64,000 bases of DNA. Source: Promethearchaeota archaeon. Its GTDB lineage: Archaea; Asgardarchaeota; Lokiarchaeia; Sigyniarchaeales; SOKP01. Of this stretch, positions 1 through 9,748 are shown in pieces (the stretch's first letter is position 1; each line of letters opens with the position of its first letter). The stretch covers positions 1 through 64,000 of the forward strand of contig JBHLNT010000005.1 in the NCBI GenBank assembly GCA_048941265.1, written 5' to 3'. A program made the position numbers and the translations under genes. The notes beneath the pieces were generated by a model. The model was not told the origin of the DNA and ran no database searches. It saw only the letters and a program-made list of their open reading frames with translations.

Positions 1-386
1 ATTTCAGCCATTTTTTCTCGGTTTGGTCTTGGGTTTAATGGAGCCTCAGTTAAAAGAACAGGATGTTCTGATGGATCAATACGGAGGTCTGTATAGAATG
101 TATAGTGCCAGATCTTTTCCATAGCGGTCCAATCTTCAATTATACCATGTTCTACTGGGAACATTAACTTCAAAACTCCTTTGAGTTGCATGGCTTCTTC
201 TCCAATATAGTATTCACGGGTATAGTGCTCAACATCGGTCATTATGCTTTCATACTTAGGGTATCCAATCAAAGTTGGAAAAACTGACCTTGGTTGATCT
301 TCCCCAGCGAAACCATTTTTGGAGATTCCAGTACCGTTATCAACCACTAACGCTTTTGCGTTCAAAAAGCTTTCTTCTTCTCCCAT
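1..386 (-). CDS. Actin (lokiactin-type), N-terminal part; runs off the window edge
   Basis: Not in the ORF track. Manual translation from ATG at 386: MGEEESFLNAKALVVDNGTGISKNGFAGEDQPRSVFPTLIGYPK...YIGEEAMQLKGVLKLMFPVEHGIIEDW...HPVLLTEAPLNPRPNREKMAE. Contains the actin phosphate-1 motif and the LLTEAPLNP signature. Confidence 0.97.
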   Translation of the reverse strand, partial: MGEEESFLNAKALVVDNGTGISKNGFAGEDQPRSVFPTLIGYPKYESIMTDVEHYTREYYIGEEAMQLKGVLKLMFPVEHGIIEDWTAMEKIWHYTFYTDLRIDPSEHPVLLTEAPLNPRPNREKMAE

Positions 387-737
387 TTTTATTCAGCCTT
401 GATAATTTTGTTTGTTTTTTATTTAATTTTTTGTATGATCAAATTTACATTTATTGTGTAAATTTTTATTTTTAACTGTTTTTTTAAATTTTTTTTATAA
501 CAAATTTAGAAATTAAATACATAATATATTTTATCTTTATAAATTTGTTTTAATACAAAACCAAATCTTTTAGTCAAAAGAGTATTTAACTAAATATTTT
601 AGAGTGAAATCTACTCTAAACAAAATTTTTTATTTTTTATTGTCGGATTCTTATTTCTCGGAAATAGGAAATTACGATAGATTTAATTTAGAACGATTCT
701 TTTAAGTATTTAAAATTAGCTTATCTAAAACTAGGTT

Positions 738-1247
738 ATGAAGTTAGAAAAAAGCTTTCTTGCTATTCGTGTCTTAAAATATATAATGAACAACCCTAAT
801 TGCACAATCCCTCAAATCAGAGATCATTTTGGCATAGAAAGCTTTAATCCGCCTCAACGTGAAGAAAAAAATCTGTATAAAGTTATATCTTTTCTCGATA
901 ATGATGGTTTCATAGCTAAAATAGATAATCCCTCGATGTCATCACGTGGCGCGCATTTTCTTCTTAAGGTAACACAGAAGGGAACAGAGACAATTTCAGC
1001 ATTTAAAGAGCTTTTTTTAGGTATTCCGAGCAATGAGATAGGAGCTGAGGATTTATCAACAAGATTTTCTAAATTCTCCTATAATATTCTGAGAGATGTT
1101 TTGTACGGATTACTCAATGAATTAGATTACGAAACAAGGCGAATTCTCAATTCGAAAAAACCAAGAATAAATGTTCTTATTGAAAAATGCCATGCGGAGC
1201 TTCAAGAAGAAGTTTCAAGGATAATTGAGTCTTTAATTAGTTCCTAA
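738..1247 (+). CDS. Winged-helix DNA-binding protein (PadR/MarR-like), divergent from actin
   Basis: 169 aa; LYKVISFLDNDGFI...LKVTQKGTE wHTH pattern. Confidence 0.65.
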   Translation: MKLEKSFLAIRVLKYIMNNPNCTIPQIRDHFGIESFNPPQREEKNLYKVISFLDNDGFIAKIDNPSMSSRGAHFLLKVTQKGTETISAFKELFLGIPSNEIGAEDLSTRFSKFSYNILRDVLYGLLNELDYETRRILNSKKPRINVLIEKCHAELQEEVSRIIESLISS

Positions 1248-1265
1248 GCTTTTTTCTTTTTTGCC
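1154..1265 (+). repeat. Direct repeat A, copy 1 (3' end of wHTH gene plus T-rich tail)
   Basis: 112 bp, about 11 mismatches by manual alignment to 6878-6989. Confidence 0.9.
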
Positions 1266-1279
1266 TTGAAGCAAGTTGC

Positions 1280-1319
1280 ATATAAAAAGGCACAAGGAAC
1301 GATTTATTACAAAATTAAA
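1280..1319 (+). repeat. Direct repeat B, copy 1 (promoter-like on minus strand)
   Basis: atataaaaaggcacaaggaacgatttattacaaaattaaa; 38/40 identical to 6828-6867. Confidence 0.9.
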
Positions 1320-1339
1320 TTAGAAAAAGTGCTAATATC

Positions 1340-2662
1340 TTAAACTGAAGATTCATCATCAAATTCCGAATCTAGATATTTATACTCATCTTCGGGCAAT
1401 TTTTCCGGCTCTTCCTTTATTTCGCGATAAAAGTTTAAAAATTCTTCAGATACACACATAGGGTATTTAATTAACTCAGTTAAAATAGTTTCGTATTCTT
1501 TCTTATTAGTGATAAATTGTTTAAGTTTATTTTCTAGTTCTAATGGAATATCTGCATATTTACCTGATAAAATTAGGGGATAGTTTTTACTGGTAATAAT
1601 TCTATAAGGGAAGTTTGAAAAGTATTTTTCGATTAATTCGTAAGCAGCATCATACTTGTCCATATCTTTAACCGAATTTTTTAGCTCTCTCTCAAACCTC
1701 TTTTGAAAATCATTTGAAAAATTAACAAGTGATTCCCTAAGTAGTTTGGAGGACTTAGATGCAACTAAACCGACAGTAATTAATTCTGATTTGTGCAAGG
1801 TAAGAATTCCCTCTTCTAAATGAATATCTACAACTCCACCAATTGCTAATACTTCTTCACTCATTAATTGGACTGCGTTTATAAATCCAGTAAATGTAAT
1901 TTCGCTTATATCGGATTCAGACCAATCATGATCAAATAAAGGAAAACCCTCTTTATCTTTTACTAGGATTCTATAGATCGTAAAGGGTAAAATATAGAGA
2001 AGTTTAGGTTCTCTTATTATAGCAACGGTGAATATTACCGCACCTATTACTATAAAAATATCGGATAATAGAATTAATATGGGAATCCATATTGTTAACA
2101 TATAAATACTAAAGGCACCAATGGTACATAATAAAGTTCCTATAAAAAATATTCTTGCCTCACGTTTGATTAAAAATGGTGAATTTACATAAGTTTTTAA
2201 ACCCCAATAAAATATAAAAAACGCAGTTATGGCTTGAATTATTATTCCAGTTATATTGAGTAAACCTGTCCAAACGATTGTCGGATAACTAAATTCAATA
2301 GAATAAATGATCATTCCCGGTAGAAACATTAGGTAAATATACGGTATTGTTAATAAAAGTAGTGGAAGTAAATTCAATGAAAGTGAAGATTCCCTTAAAG
2401 TATAATTAATACCTATAAAAAAGAAAAACGCAGTAAACAAAATAATTAGGGAATGGATCTGATGAAGAAAAATGCTCATGAAAACAAATGACAATCCTTC
2501 AAACATAAAAAATAAAGCGATTGAGATAAATCCTAATCTGATGTAAAATAATGATTTTATTTTTTTCCTGCTTGGTATCTCATATGTTAAGATTGAGATT
2601 ATAAAAAAACTAATCGCTACAAAAATATCAAGAATAACTTCGGGAGACCAATTCAAATCCAT
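1340..2662 (-). CDS. Multi-pass (about 7TM) membrane protein with C-terminal longin-like domain
   Basis: About 7 hydrophobic segments in the first ~220 aa, then YRILVKDKEGFPLF...FTGFINAVQLMSEEV...ITVGLVAS...LVNFSNDFQKRF, the longin-fold pattern. Confidence 0.7.
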   Translation of the reverse strand: MDLNWSPEVILDIFVAISFFIISILTYEIPSRKKIKSLFYIRLGFISIALFFMFEGLSFVFMSIFLHQIHSLIILFTAFFFFIGINYTLRESSLSLNLLPLLLLTIPYIYLMFLPGMIIYSIEFSYPTIVWTGLLNITGIIIQAITAFFIFYWGLKTYVNSPFLIKREARIFFIGTLLCTIGAFSIYMLTIWIPILILLSDIFIVIGAVIFTVAIIREPKLLYILPFTIYRILVKDKEGFPLFDHDWSESDISEITFTGFINAVQLMSEEVLAIGGVVDIHLEEGILTLHKSELITVGLVASKSSKLLRESLVNFSNDFQKRFERELKNSVKDMDKYDAAYELIEKYFSNFPYRIITSKNYPLILSGKYADIPLELENKLKQFITNKKEYETILTELIKYPMCVSEEFLNFYREIKEEPEKLPEDEYKYLDSEFDDESSV

Positions 2663-2724
2663 AATCTTAACATACCTCTGCTTTTATTAAAACTTTATAA
2701 ATCTTTATATTTAACTATACGTTT

Positions 2725-3441
2725 TTATTTTCTTAATTTTGATTCTTCATTAATTATTTGAGCAATTAATTCTCGATTATTCGGATTCAATTGAATTTTA
2801 CTACTTTCTTCTTGAAGTGGAGAAATAATGTTGAAATTTATTAACTCATTTATCCTGTAATAAACCATTTCTCTATTTTCTTCTAACATTTTATATACAT
2901 CTGATTTTTTAATATTACCTTGTTGGATGAGCAAATTAGCAATTCTTTTGTTAACTTTATCTCTCAATAAAAAAAATACTATTCCTGCTTCATCATCAAT
3001 TTCAACCGGGATAAAAATGACGTATTTTTTGAAATTCACCTTTTTAATGTAATTAAATTTAGTTAACATTTCTAAATGCCAAAGTAATTGCCCAGTAGCT
3101 TGAGATTTGCCCTCAGTATCAGAAAAGAGCACCTTTCTGATGATTGAAAAGTGCACCCCCAAGTGAGATTGGATGAAATTATAAATTTTTCTTCTTTGGT
3201 AATTTGAAAGCACTGTCCCTTTGGTACATTTTGTGCCCTCAACTAAAATCTTCTTATTGAGTAAATATTGAATAATGCGTAAAAGCCCTCTGCGGGGTAT
3301 TTTTAGACGTCGTTTTGCAATATTATAAAGGATTTCCGTATCTAAAACTTTATTGTCTCTAATAATTTCTCGAGCAATTTTTATTACGCTTTGAACGCTT
3401 GGATGATCTAATCCCAGAGAATTTCTTATTATGAGCGCCAA
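2725..3441 (-). CDS. Tandem winged-helix transcriptional regulator (COG3398-like)
   Basis: RRKIYNFIQSHLGVHFSIIRK...GQLLWHLEMLTKFNYI plus a second HTH (REMVYYRINEL); TTG start. Confidence 0.75.
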   Translation of the reverse strand: MALIIRNSLGLDHPSVQSVIKIAREIIRDNKVLDTEILYNIAKRRLKIPRRGLLRIIQYLLNKKILVEGTKCTKGTVLSNYQRRKIYNFIQSHLGVHFSIIRKVLFSDTEGKSQATGQLLWHLEMLTKFNYIKKVNFKKYVIFIPVEIDDEAGIVFFLLRDKVNKRIANLLIQQGNIKKSDVYKMLEENREMVYYRINELINFNIISPLQEESSKIQLNPNNRELIAQIINEESKLRK

Positions 3442-3729
3442 AAAATTACCGTCAAATACTCATTGGAATTTGTTAAATTATAATATATCCTTGATATAAT
3501 AAATAAATATTGATAAAAATGTCTATGTGCTAGAAAGTTAATTTGGTTCTTTAAATGAAAAAAAAAGAATAAATCGAGATTTATATCGTTTTTTGATAAA
3601 TTTCAAATTGCTCTTTTAGAACAAAGAATAGTTTCGAAATGATATACTATTCTTTTAATAATTATACTTAGTCAATTTGAGCTTCTTGCACCGAAATGAT
3701 CCCAAAACCAATTATCCCGCTAACTAAGA

Positions 3730-3897
3730 CTAGAAACAAAGATTTATATCTTTTTCATAGTATTTTGTATAACATTCTTCAGCTATAATACTCATATTTA
3801 AGAGGATCGGATCTTCACCTGGACTTACTGTAATATGAGATAAATAAACTTGATAGAATCCTTTTCCAAGAGTGACAATATCATTTGGAGATACATC
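3730..3897 (-). pseudogene. Remnant of the C-terminal domain of a paralog of the adjacent surface protein
   Basis: 3754-3872 aligns with 4112-4230 (119 bp). Translates DVSPNDIVTLGKGFYQVYLSHITVSPGEDPILLNMSIIAEECYTKYYEKDINLCF*, versus LGKGFYQISLSPITVSPGEDPILLNMSISAEGCYTKYYE in the intact gene. Confidence 0.8.
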
Positions 3898-3910
3898 AAT
3901 TTAATATTAA

Positions 3911-6775
3911 TTATTTTCTTTTAAGTCTCGCAAACAACTCTTTCTTCCAAGCAATAAACACAGCTATACAAATAGCAGCGATTGAAGTTCCGATTACCGT
4001 AATCATAGGAATTAAAGGTAATTCTTCCGAAACAGCTTCTTTATCTCCGTTCGATGAAGGGGGGGGAGGGGGACCTTTATCGATAATTTCGGGATCCACC
4101 GCTAAATGGATTTCATAGTATTTTGTATAACATCCTTCTGCTGAAATACTCATATTTAAGAGGATCGGATCTTCACCTGGACTTACTGTAATAGGAGATA
4201 AAGAAATCTGGTAGAATCCTTTTCCAAGAGAAAAAATTTTATTTTGCGGTACTTCAAGTCCATCCCACCATGCCTGAATATTAGCAGCCCCTATTCCTAA
4301 ATCATTTTCATCATAAATATAGAAATTTACAATAAAATTTGCAGAGGAAAATGATAGATTGATAAAATCTATACTGATATTTAGGTAATTTTTGATATTA
4401 AACCACTTTTTTTCTGAATTACAAGGAAATCCTAAATGATTAGTACCTAATACTTGAATAAAATGTGGTCCCTCTTCTGGTACAGGAATAGTGGTGTTTC
4501 CTAAAATTTCAATTTGATTCTCATCATCTAATGAGTAGGCCATCCATATAAGGTTTTCAGATGTTTCAAAACTAAGCAATAAACCTTCATTCAGATTATC
4601 TCCAATATTGTAATTAGGATCCCAAGAATAGCCAATAGCATCAATATAAGTTGTATATCCCGTCAAACCACCACTTCCATCAAACCAAATTTCATTAGCT
4701 TGATCTCGATTAATTCTAAAACCATAATTGCCAAATTTAGTACCGTTAATATAGACGCACCAAGAATATTGAGATAATCCCATATAACTGCCCGTGGTGC
4801 ATTCGAAATCCACTCTGCAGTGATACCATGTGTTATCATAAGCAACTAAACCAATATCATGGAGTGAACCATTGTCATATTGAAATTTGTCTTGATTTAT
4901 TCGAAAGTAGATAAAAATATTATTATTATCATGGATTCTGAAAGCAATAAGATCAGTTGCATCTGATATCCTCCACCACCATTCTACAGTCCCATAACCT
5001 CTAATTGGGTTAAGAGATTTATTTATTGCTACGCTATAAGAAGAACTAATATCATTCATCTCAACAACATTCTTGTGTCCTGCTAATTCTCCGATCACAT
5101 TTACTGTATTTCCATCCAGTTCATACACGGACCAATCCTTAGGATTATTTCCCAGCCTATCATTTTCAAACCCGTATGTTGCCTGAAAATACCCACTCAT
5201 TGGTTTGTTATAATATTTACTTTCAGGGTAGTTTATCTTAACTTTTTCCGGAATTTCGAAATGCTGGGCATAAATATCATATCCCGTAACCGCTGAATTT
5301 CGATTATCATGCCATGTAATAATCGCACCCCCAGCTCCATCGCTGCAGATCTGAGGGTAATTTTGATAATCAATAGCCTGACATATTACTCCTCCATCGG
5401 GAATCCACTCAACATTGCCAGCTGCATTTATCCGTTGGGCATAGATATCATTTCCTGTAGTTCCTGAACCTCTAGCATCCTGCCATGTAATGATTGCACC
5501 TCCTGCTCCATCACTGCAGATCTGAGGATATCCTTGACCATTTTGGTCTTGACATATTACTACTCCATCAGAAATCCACTCAACATTGCCAGATGCATTT
5601 ATCCTTTGGGCATAAATATCAAATCCCGTAGCTGAATTTCTACCATCCACCCAGGTAATGATTGCTCCTCCGGCTCCATCACTGCAGATCTGAGGATTAT
5701 CTTGAGTTAGCTGTGCCCTGCATATTATTACTCCATTGAGAGTCCACTCAACATCGCCAGATGCATTTATCCGCTGAGCATAAATATCATATCCCGTAAT
5801 TCCTGAATTTCTGTAATCATACCATGTTATGACCGCACCGCCGGCTCCATCACTGCAGATCTGAGGATCATATTGATAGCTATTAGCTTGGCATATTACT
5901 ACTCCATTGAAAGTCCACTCAACATCGCCAGATGCATTTATCCGCTGGGCATAGATATCATATCCCGTAGCTGAACTCCTGTAATCATACCATGTTATGA
6001 CCGCACCGCCGGCTCCATCACCGCAGATCTGAGGATGATATTGATAGCTATTAGCTTGGCATATTACTACTCCATTGGGAGTCCACTCAACATCGCCAGA
6101 TGCATTTATCCGCTGGGCATAGATATCCGTTCCCGTAGTTCCTGAATCTCTATAATCATACCATGTTATGACCGCACCCCCGGCTCCATCACTGCAGATC
6201 TGAGGATCATATTGATAGCTATTAGCTTGACATATTACTACTCCATTGGGAGTCCACTCAACATCGCCAGATGCATTTATTCGCTGGGCATAGATATCAG
6301 TTAACGTAGTTCCTGAATCTCTAGCATCTTCCCATATAATAATCGCACCTCCGGCTCCATCACTGCAAATCTGAGGATATCCTTGATCATTCTGCGCTTC
6401 ACATATTAATATTCCATTGGGAGTCCACTCAACATTGCCAGTTGCATTTATTCGCTGGGTATAGATATCAAATCCTGTAGTTCCTGAATTTCGATTATCA
6501 TGCCACGTAACGATCGCACCCCCGGTTCCATCACTGCAAATCTGAGGATATCCTTGAGCATCCTGCGCTTCACATATTTCTTTACCATTTAGTTTCCAGC
6601 CATCATCAGAAGATAAGAGAGGATTTTTTGAATAATAATAATTTGATTCTCGTTGCAGGTCCTTATCTCTAATATTAACGTATTCAACGCTAACATTGTT
6701 GTTAAAAATACTTGAAACACTAATAATCAATGAAATCCAAATTATCATAACTTTAATTTTTTGTTTAGAGTTCAT
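3911..6775 (-). CDS. Secreted, C-terminally anchored surface protein: 8-repeat beta-propeller-like region, LamG/lectin-like region, Ig-like domain, TM anchor
   Basis: N-terminal signal/TM; 8 repeats of PQICSDGAGGAxITW..R...DIYAQRINASG; Pro-rich linker; C-terminal TM followed by a basic tail. Confidence 0.8.
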   Translation of the reverse strand: MNSKQKIKVMIIWISLIISVSSIFNNNVSVEYVNIRDKDLQRESNYYYSKNPLLSSDDGWKLNGKEICEAQDAQGYPQICSDGTGGAIVTWHDNRNSGTTGFDIYTQRINATGNVEWTPNGILICEAQNDQGYPQICSDGAGGAIIIWEDARDSGTTLTDIYAQRINASGDVEWTPNGVVICQANSYQYDPQICSDGAGGAVITWYDYRDSGTTGTDIYAQRINASGDVEWTPNGVVICQANSYQYHPQICGDGAGGAVITWYDYRSSATGYDIYAQRINASGDVEWTFNGVVICQANSYQYDPQICSDGAGGAVITWYDYRNSGITGYDIYAQRINASGDVEWTLNGVIICRAQLTQDNPQICSDGAGGAIITWVDGRNSATGFDIYAQRINASGNVEWISDGVVICQDQNGQGYPQICSDGAGGAIITWQDARGSGTTGNDIYAQRINAAGNVEWIPDGGVICQAIDYQNYPQICSDGAGGAIITWHDNRNSAVTGYDIYAQHFEIPEKVKINYPESKYYNKPMSGYFQATYGFENDRLGNNPKDWSVYELDGNTVNVIGELAGHKNVVEMNDISSSYSVAINKSLNPIRGYGTVEWWWRISDATDLIAFRIHDNNNIFIYFRINQDKFQYDNGSLHDIGLVAYDNTWYHCRVDFECTTGSYMGLSQYSWCVYINGTKFGNYGFRINRDQANEIWFDGSGGLTGYTTYIDAIGYSWDPNYNIGDNLNEGLLLSFETSENLIWMAYSLDDENQIEILGNTTIPVPEEGPHFIQVLGTNHLGFPCNSEKKWFNIKNYLNISIDFINLSFSSANFIVNFYIYDENDLGIGAANIQAWWDGLEVPQNKIFSLGKGFYQISLSPITVSPGEDPILLNMSISAEGCYTKYYEIHLAVDPEIIDKGPPPPPSSNGDKEAVSEELPLIPMITVIGTSIAAICIAVFIAWKKELFARLKRK
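5262..6580 (-). repeat. Intragenic tandem repeats, 8 units of 168-171 bp
   Basis: Recurring ggctccatcactgcagatctgagga and ccactcaacatcgccagatgcatttat blocks at ~170-bp spacing. Confidence 0.9.
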
Positions 6776-6827
6776 TCATGTTCACCTTTTATTGATAAAG
6801 TTATTTAAAAAATGCTAATCAAGAGGA

Positions 6828-6867
6828 ATATAAAAAGGCACAAGGAACGATTTTTTACAAAAATAAA
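6828..6867 (-). promoter_or_regulatory. Repeat B copy 2: putative promoter/operator of the surface-protein gene
   Basis: Minus strand reads ...aatcgttccttgtgccTTTTTATAT, a TATA-like box ~55 bp upstream of the ATG at 6775; conserved duplicate at 1280-1319. Confidence 0.55.
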
Positions 6868-6877
6868 CTCTGCGGTA

Positions 6878-6989
6878 GAAAAAACCAAGAATAAATATTC
6901 TTATCTAAAAATTCCATGCGGAGCTTCAAGAAGAAGTTTTAAAGATAATTGAATCTTTTATTAATTCCTAAACTTTTTTCTTATTTGCC
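6878..6989 (+). repeat. Direct repeat A, copy 2 (degenerate duplicate of wHTH gene 3' end)
   Basis: About 90% identical to 1154-1265; has an in-frame TAA where copy 1 has GAA. Confidence 0.9.
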
Positions 6990-7076
6990 ATAGGATTATA
7001 GTGGAAATTTAAGTTAAAAATTTGGCTTTTGTTTATAAAAAAGTATTTTTACAAGTATTAATATTATAAGTTAGTA

Positions 7077-8192
7077 ATGACCGAATCGGATGTTAAAAAG
7101 ATTCAGAAGCGCATTTATGCATTAGAACGCGAAAACGAGATATTGCGCCAGGAAATTGAGAATTTTAAAAAAATCTTGGATAATTTGAAGAAAAATCCAT
7201 TAATAATCGGATCAGTTGAGAGGGTATTAGAGGATGGAAGAGCTATCGTATCTAATTCACCGGGAACTAGAATCTTATTGCCACCCAATGACCTTATAAA
7301 ACCGAGTGCCGGTGATTCTGTGACTTTACATCCTCAAAGTTATCAGATATTAGAAATACTTTCAAGGAAAATTAGAGGGCATGTAGCTGCTATGGAGTTA
7401 TTAGAAACACCAAAGGAGACTTTTGATGATATTGGAGGTTTAGATGACCAAATTCAAGCGATAAGAGAAATAATAGAATTACCCTTAGTCCATCCTGAAT
7501 TATTTGAAAAGATAGGTATAGATCCCCCGTCAGGAGCTTTATTAGCAGGTCCACCGGGTACGGGAAAAACATTATTAGCAAAGGCAGTTGCAAATACGAC
7601 CCATGCGCGATTTATTCATTTAGTAGGGTCAGATTTAGTTCAGAAATTTATTGGTGAAGGGTCTAGAATGGTAAGAGAAGTATTTTCTCTTGCTAAAGAG
7701 AATACTCCAGCTATTATTTTCATTGATGAAATTGACGCGATTGCAATTAAAAGAACGTCTGAAGTATATAAAGGCGATCGCGAGGTTCAAAGGACTTTTA
7801 TGCAATTACTTAGTGAATTAGATGGATTTGCCAATATTGAAGGGATAATGTTTTTAGCGGCTACGAATAGGGAAGATGTGTTAGATCCCGCTATTTTGAG
7901 ACCTGGAAGGTTTGATCGAATAATAAGATTCAATATGCCTAATGAAGAAGCAAGATTAATGATTCTAAAAATTCATACAAGAAAATTGAACATAGATAAA
8001 GATATTAATCTAAAAGACTTTGCGAAACGAACAGAAAATTTTAGTGGTGCCCATATTAAAGCTTTGTGTACTGAGGCAGGCATGAGATGTCTTAGGGAGC
8101 AGAAAACGAAAATAACCCAGAGTCATTTTGAAAAAGCATTATTAGAGATTATGGATAAAGATCATCCTGTCAAAGAATATATCTATTCTTGA
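7077..8192 (+). CDS. pan: Proteasome-activating nucleotidase (AAA+ ATPase)
   Basis: N-terminal coiled coil and OB fold; GPPGTGKT; IIFIDEID; [17 protein letters not shown]; C-terminal HbYX (IYS). Confidence 0.9.
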   Translation: MTESDVKKIQKRIYALERENEILRQEIENFKKILDNLKKNPLIIGSVERVLEDGRAIVSNSPGTRILLPPNDLIKPSAGDSVTLHPQSYQILEILSRKIRGHVAAMELLETPKETFDDIGGLDDQIQAIREIIELPLVHPELFEKIGIDPPSGALLAGPPGTGKTLLAKAVANTTHARFIHLVGSDLVQKFIGEGSRMVREVFSLAKENTPAIIFIDEIDAIAIKRTSEVYKGDREVQRTFMQLLSELDGFANIEGIMFLAATNREDVLDPAILRPGRFDRIIRFNMPNEEARLMILKIHTRKLNIDKDINLKDFAKRTENFSGAHIKALCTEAGMRCLREQKTKITQSHFEKALLEIMDKDHPVKEYIYS

Positions 8193-8308
8193 GTTTTTTT
8201 TCTTTAAATGTTTGGAAATAGTAAGATATTTAGGCTTAAATTTATTACATAACATAAAAATAAAGCAATAATTTACTATTTTTTAATAATTGAGCTTAGA
8301 ACTTTAAG

Positions 8309-9748
8309 ATGGAATTAAATCCCGAATATATTAAGGAGAATTTAAGCAAAATTGGGATAAAAGAAGCGTCTGCCTTATTAAAAGAATGGGTTTTTAGCTC
8401 AAATACTCTCAAACTAAGAGAGGAGGCTTTAAATCTCTTTGGTACTCTCGATGATGGTACAAATTTTAAATTTCTCGAACAACTTTTTCTTTCTGATGAA
8501 AATCTTGAAATTAGAATGGCAGCTGGAAAAATTTTAGAAGCTAATTATATTAGCCATAAGAATTTAATCCCGCTTTTGGAATATTCATTAAAAAAAATAG
8601 ATGAATTTGAACAAAGATTTGTGGTTGTAGAAATTTTAAACAGAATTGACAGGGGTGCATCAAGGAAAATAATTAAGAATTTTCTTAAAACATATATTAA
8701 AGCAAAATTAAGCCATAAAAGCCAAGAATTTCCAAAAGAAATTTTCACAAAAGAATATCAATTTGCCCTATCACCTCATATCCTTGATATTTGTTTTAAC
8801 TTGATTCTGTATGATTATTATATTTTTAAACGTGGATATAATGTATCTTTAAGGAATGGGCTAATAATTCTTTTAAATTGTGAGGGTGCTAATTTAACCA
8901 GCATAAAAAGTATACCAGCTTTAAAAAGACTTTCACATTTGGAACACCTCTTACTTCATAGGAATAATATTGAAAAAATTAATAGTCTGAAAGACTTGAA
9001 GAATTTAAAAGTCCTGGATTTATCAAGCAATAAAATTAAGAATATAGAAAATCTTGAGGATTTACCATTTTTAGAAGAACTAAATCTTTCAGAAAATAAA
9101 ATTGAAAGTATAGAAAACTTAAATTCTCTAAAGAAATTGAAGAAATTGAATCTTGAATCGAATTTAATCAGTGAAATTAAAGGTTTTGAGAGTTTGAAGA
9201 ATTTAGAAGATTTAAATCTCAACAGGAATAAAATAACAGAAATTAAAAATGTTAGTCATCTTATCAATTTAAAAAGATTGAGTTTTTCATTTAATCAGAT
9301 TAAATCAATATCCGGATTGGGAGGCTTGGAGAATTTAGGATGGCTAACTCTTAATGATAACAAAATATCACAAATCCAAGGATTAGAGGGGCTACACAAT
9401 TTAAAGGTGCTTAACTTAACAAATAACGTAATTGAGCAAGTACAAAATCTTGATCATTTACGCAATTTAATTAAATTAGAGCTTTCGAATAATAAAATTC
9501 AAAAAATTGAGGGCTTAGAAAATCTTAGAAACCTTCAAGAATTATTTTTAGACAGAAATTACATTAAAATATTAGAAGGAATTGAAGGATTAGAAAAACT
9601 AATCATACTTTTTCTTGAGAGTAATGAAATTTCTGAGTTTAATAATAAAAGTCTGGAGAATTTGAATAATTTGAATTTTCTATTTTTAAACGAAAATCCC
9701 TTAACTCCGCAGAGTTGGATATGCTATAAAAAATGGTCTAGACTTTAA
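8309..9748 (+). CDS. Leucine-rich repeat protein (SDS22-like LRRs) with N-terminal HEAT-like region
   Basis: About 12 repeats of LxxLxLxxNxIxxIxxLxx. Confidence 0.9.
   Translation: MELNPEYIKENLSKIGIKEASALLKEWVFSSNTLKLREEALNLFGTLDDGTNFKFLEQLFLSDENLEIRMAAGKILEANYISHKNLIPLLEYSLKKIDEFEQRFVVVEILNRIDRGASRKIIKNFLKTYIKAKLSHKSQEFPKEIFTKEYQFALSPHILDICFNLILYDYYIFKRGYNVSLRNGLIILLNCEGANLTSIKSIPALKRLSHLEHLLLHRNNIEKINSLKDLKNLKVLDLSSNKIKNIENLEDLPFLEELNLSENKIESIENLNSLKKLKKLNLESNLISEIKGFESLKNLEDLNLNRNKITEIKNVSHLINLKRLSFSFNQIKSISGLGGLENLGWLTLNDNKISQIQGLEGLHNLKVLNLTNNVIEQVQNLDHLRNLIKLELSNNKIQKIEGLENLRNLQELFLDRNYIKILEGIEGLEKLIILFLESNEISEFNNKSLENLNNLNFLFLNENPLTPQSWICYKKWSRL

Noticed and set aside
275-475. 66-aa plus-strand ORF
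   Set aside because: Antisense to the actin gene and its AT-rich upstream region.
3754-4230. Diversity-generating retroelement TR/VR pair
   Set aside because: Mismatches between the two 119-bp copies are not confined to adenines of one copy, and no reverse transcriptase is in the window.
5262-6580. CRISPR array
   Set aside because: Repeats are ~170-bp in-frame coding units with no unique spacers, and there are no cas genes.
1266-6877. Transposon, IS element or provirus
   Set aside because: No transposase, integrase, terminal inverted repeats or viral genes were seen; reported only as a repeat-bounded cassette.
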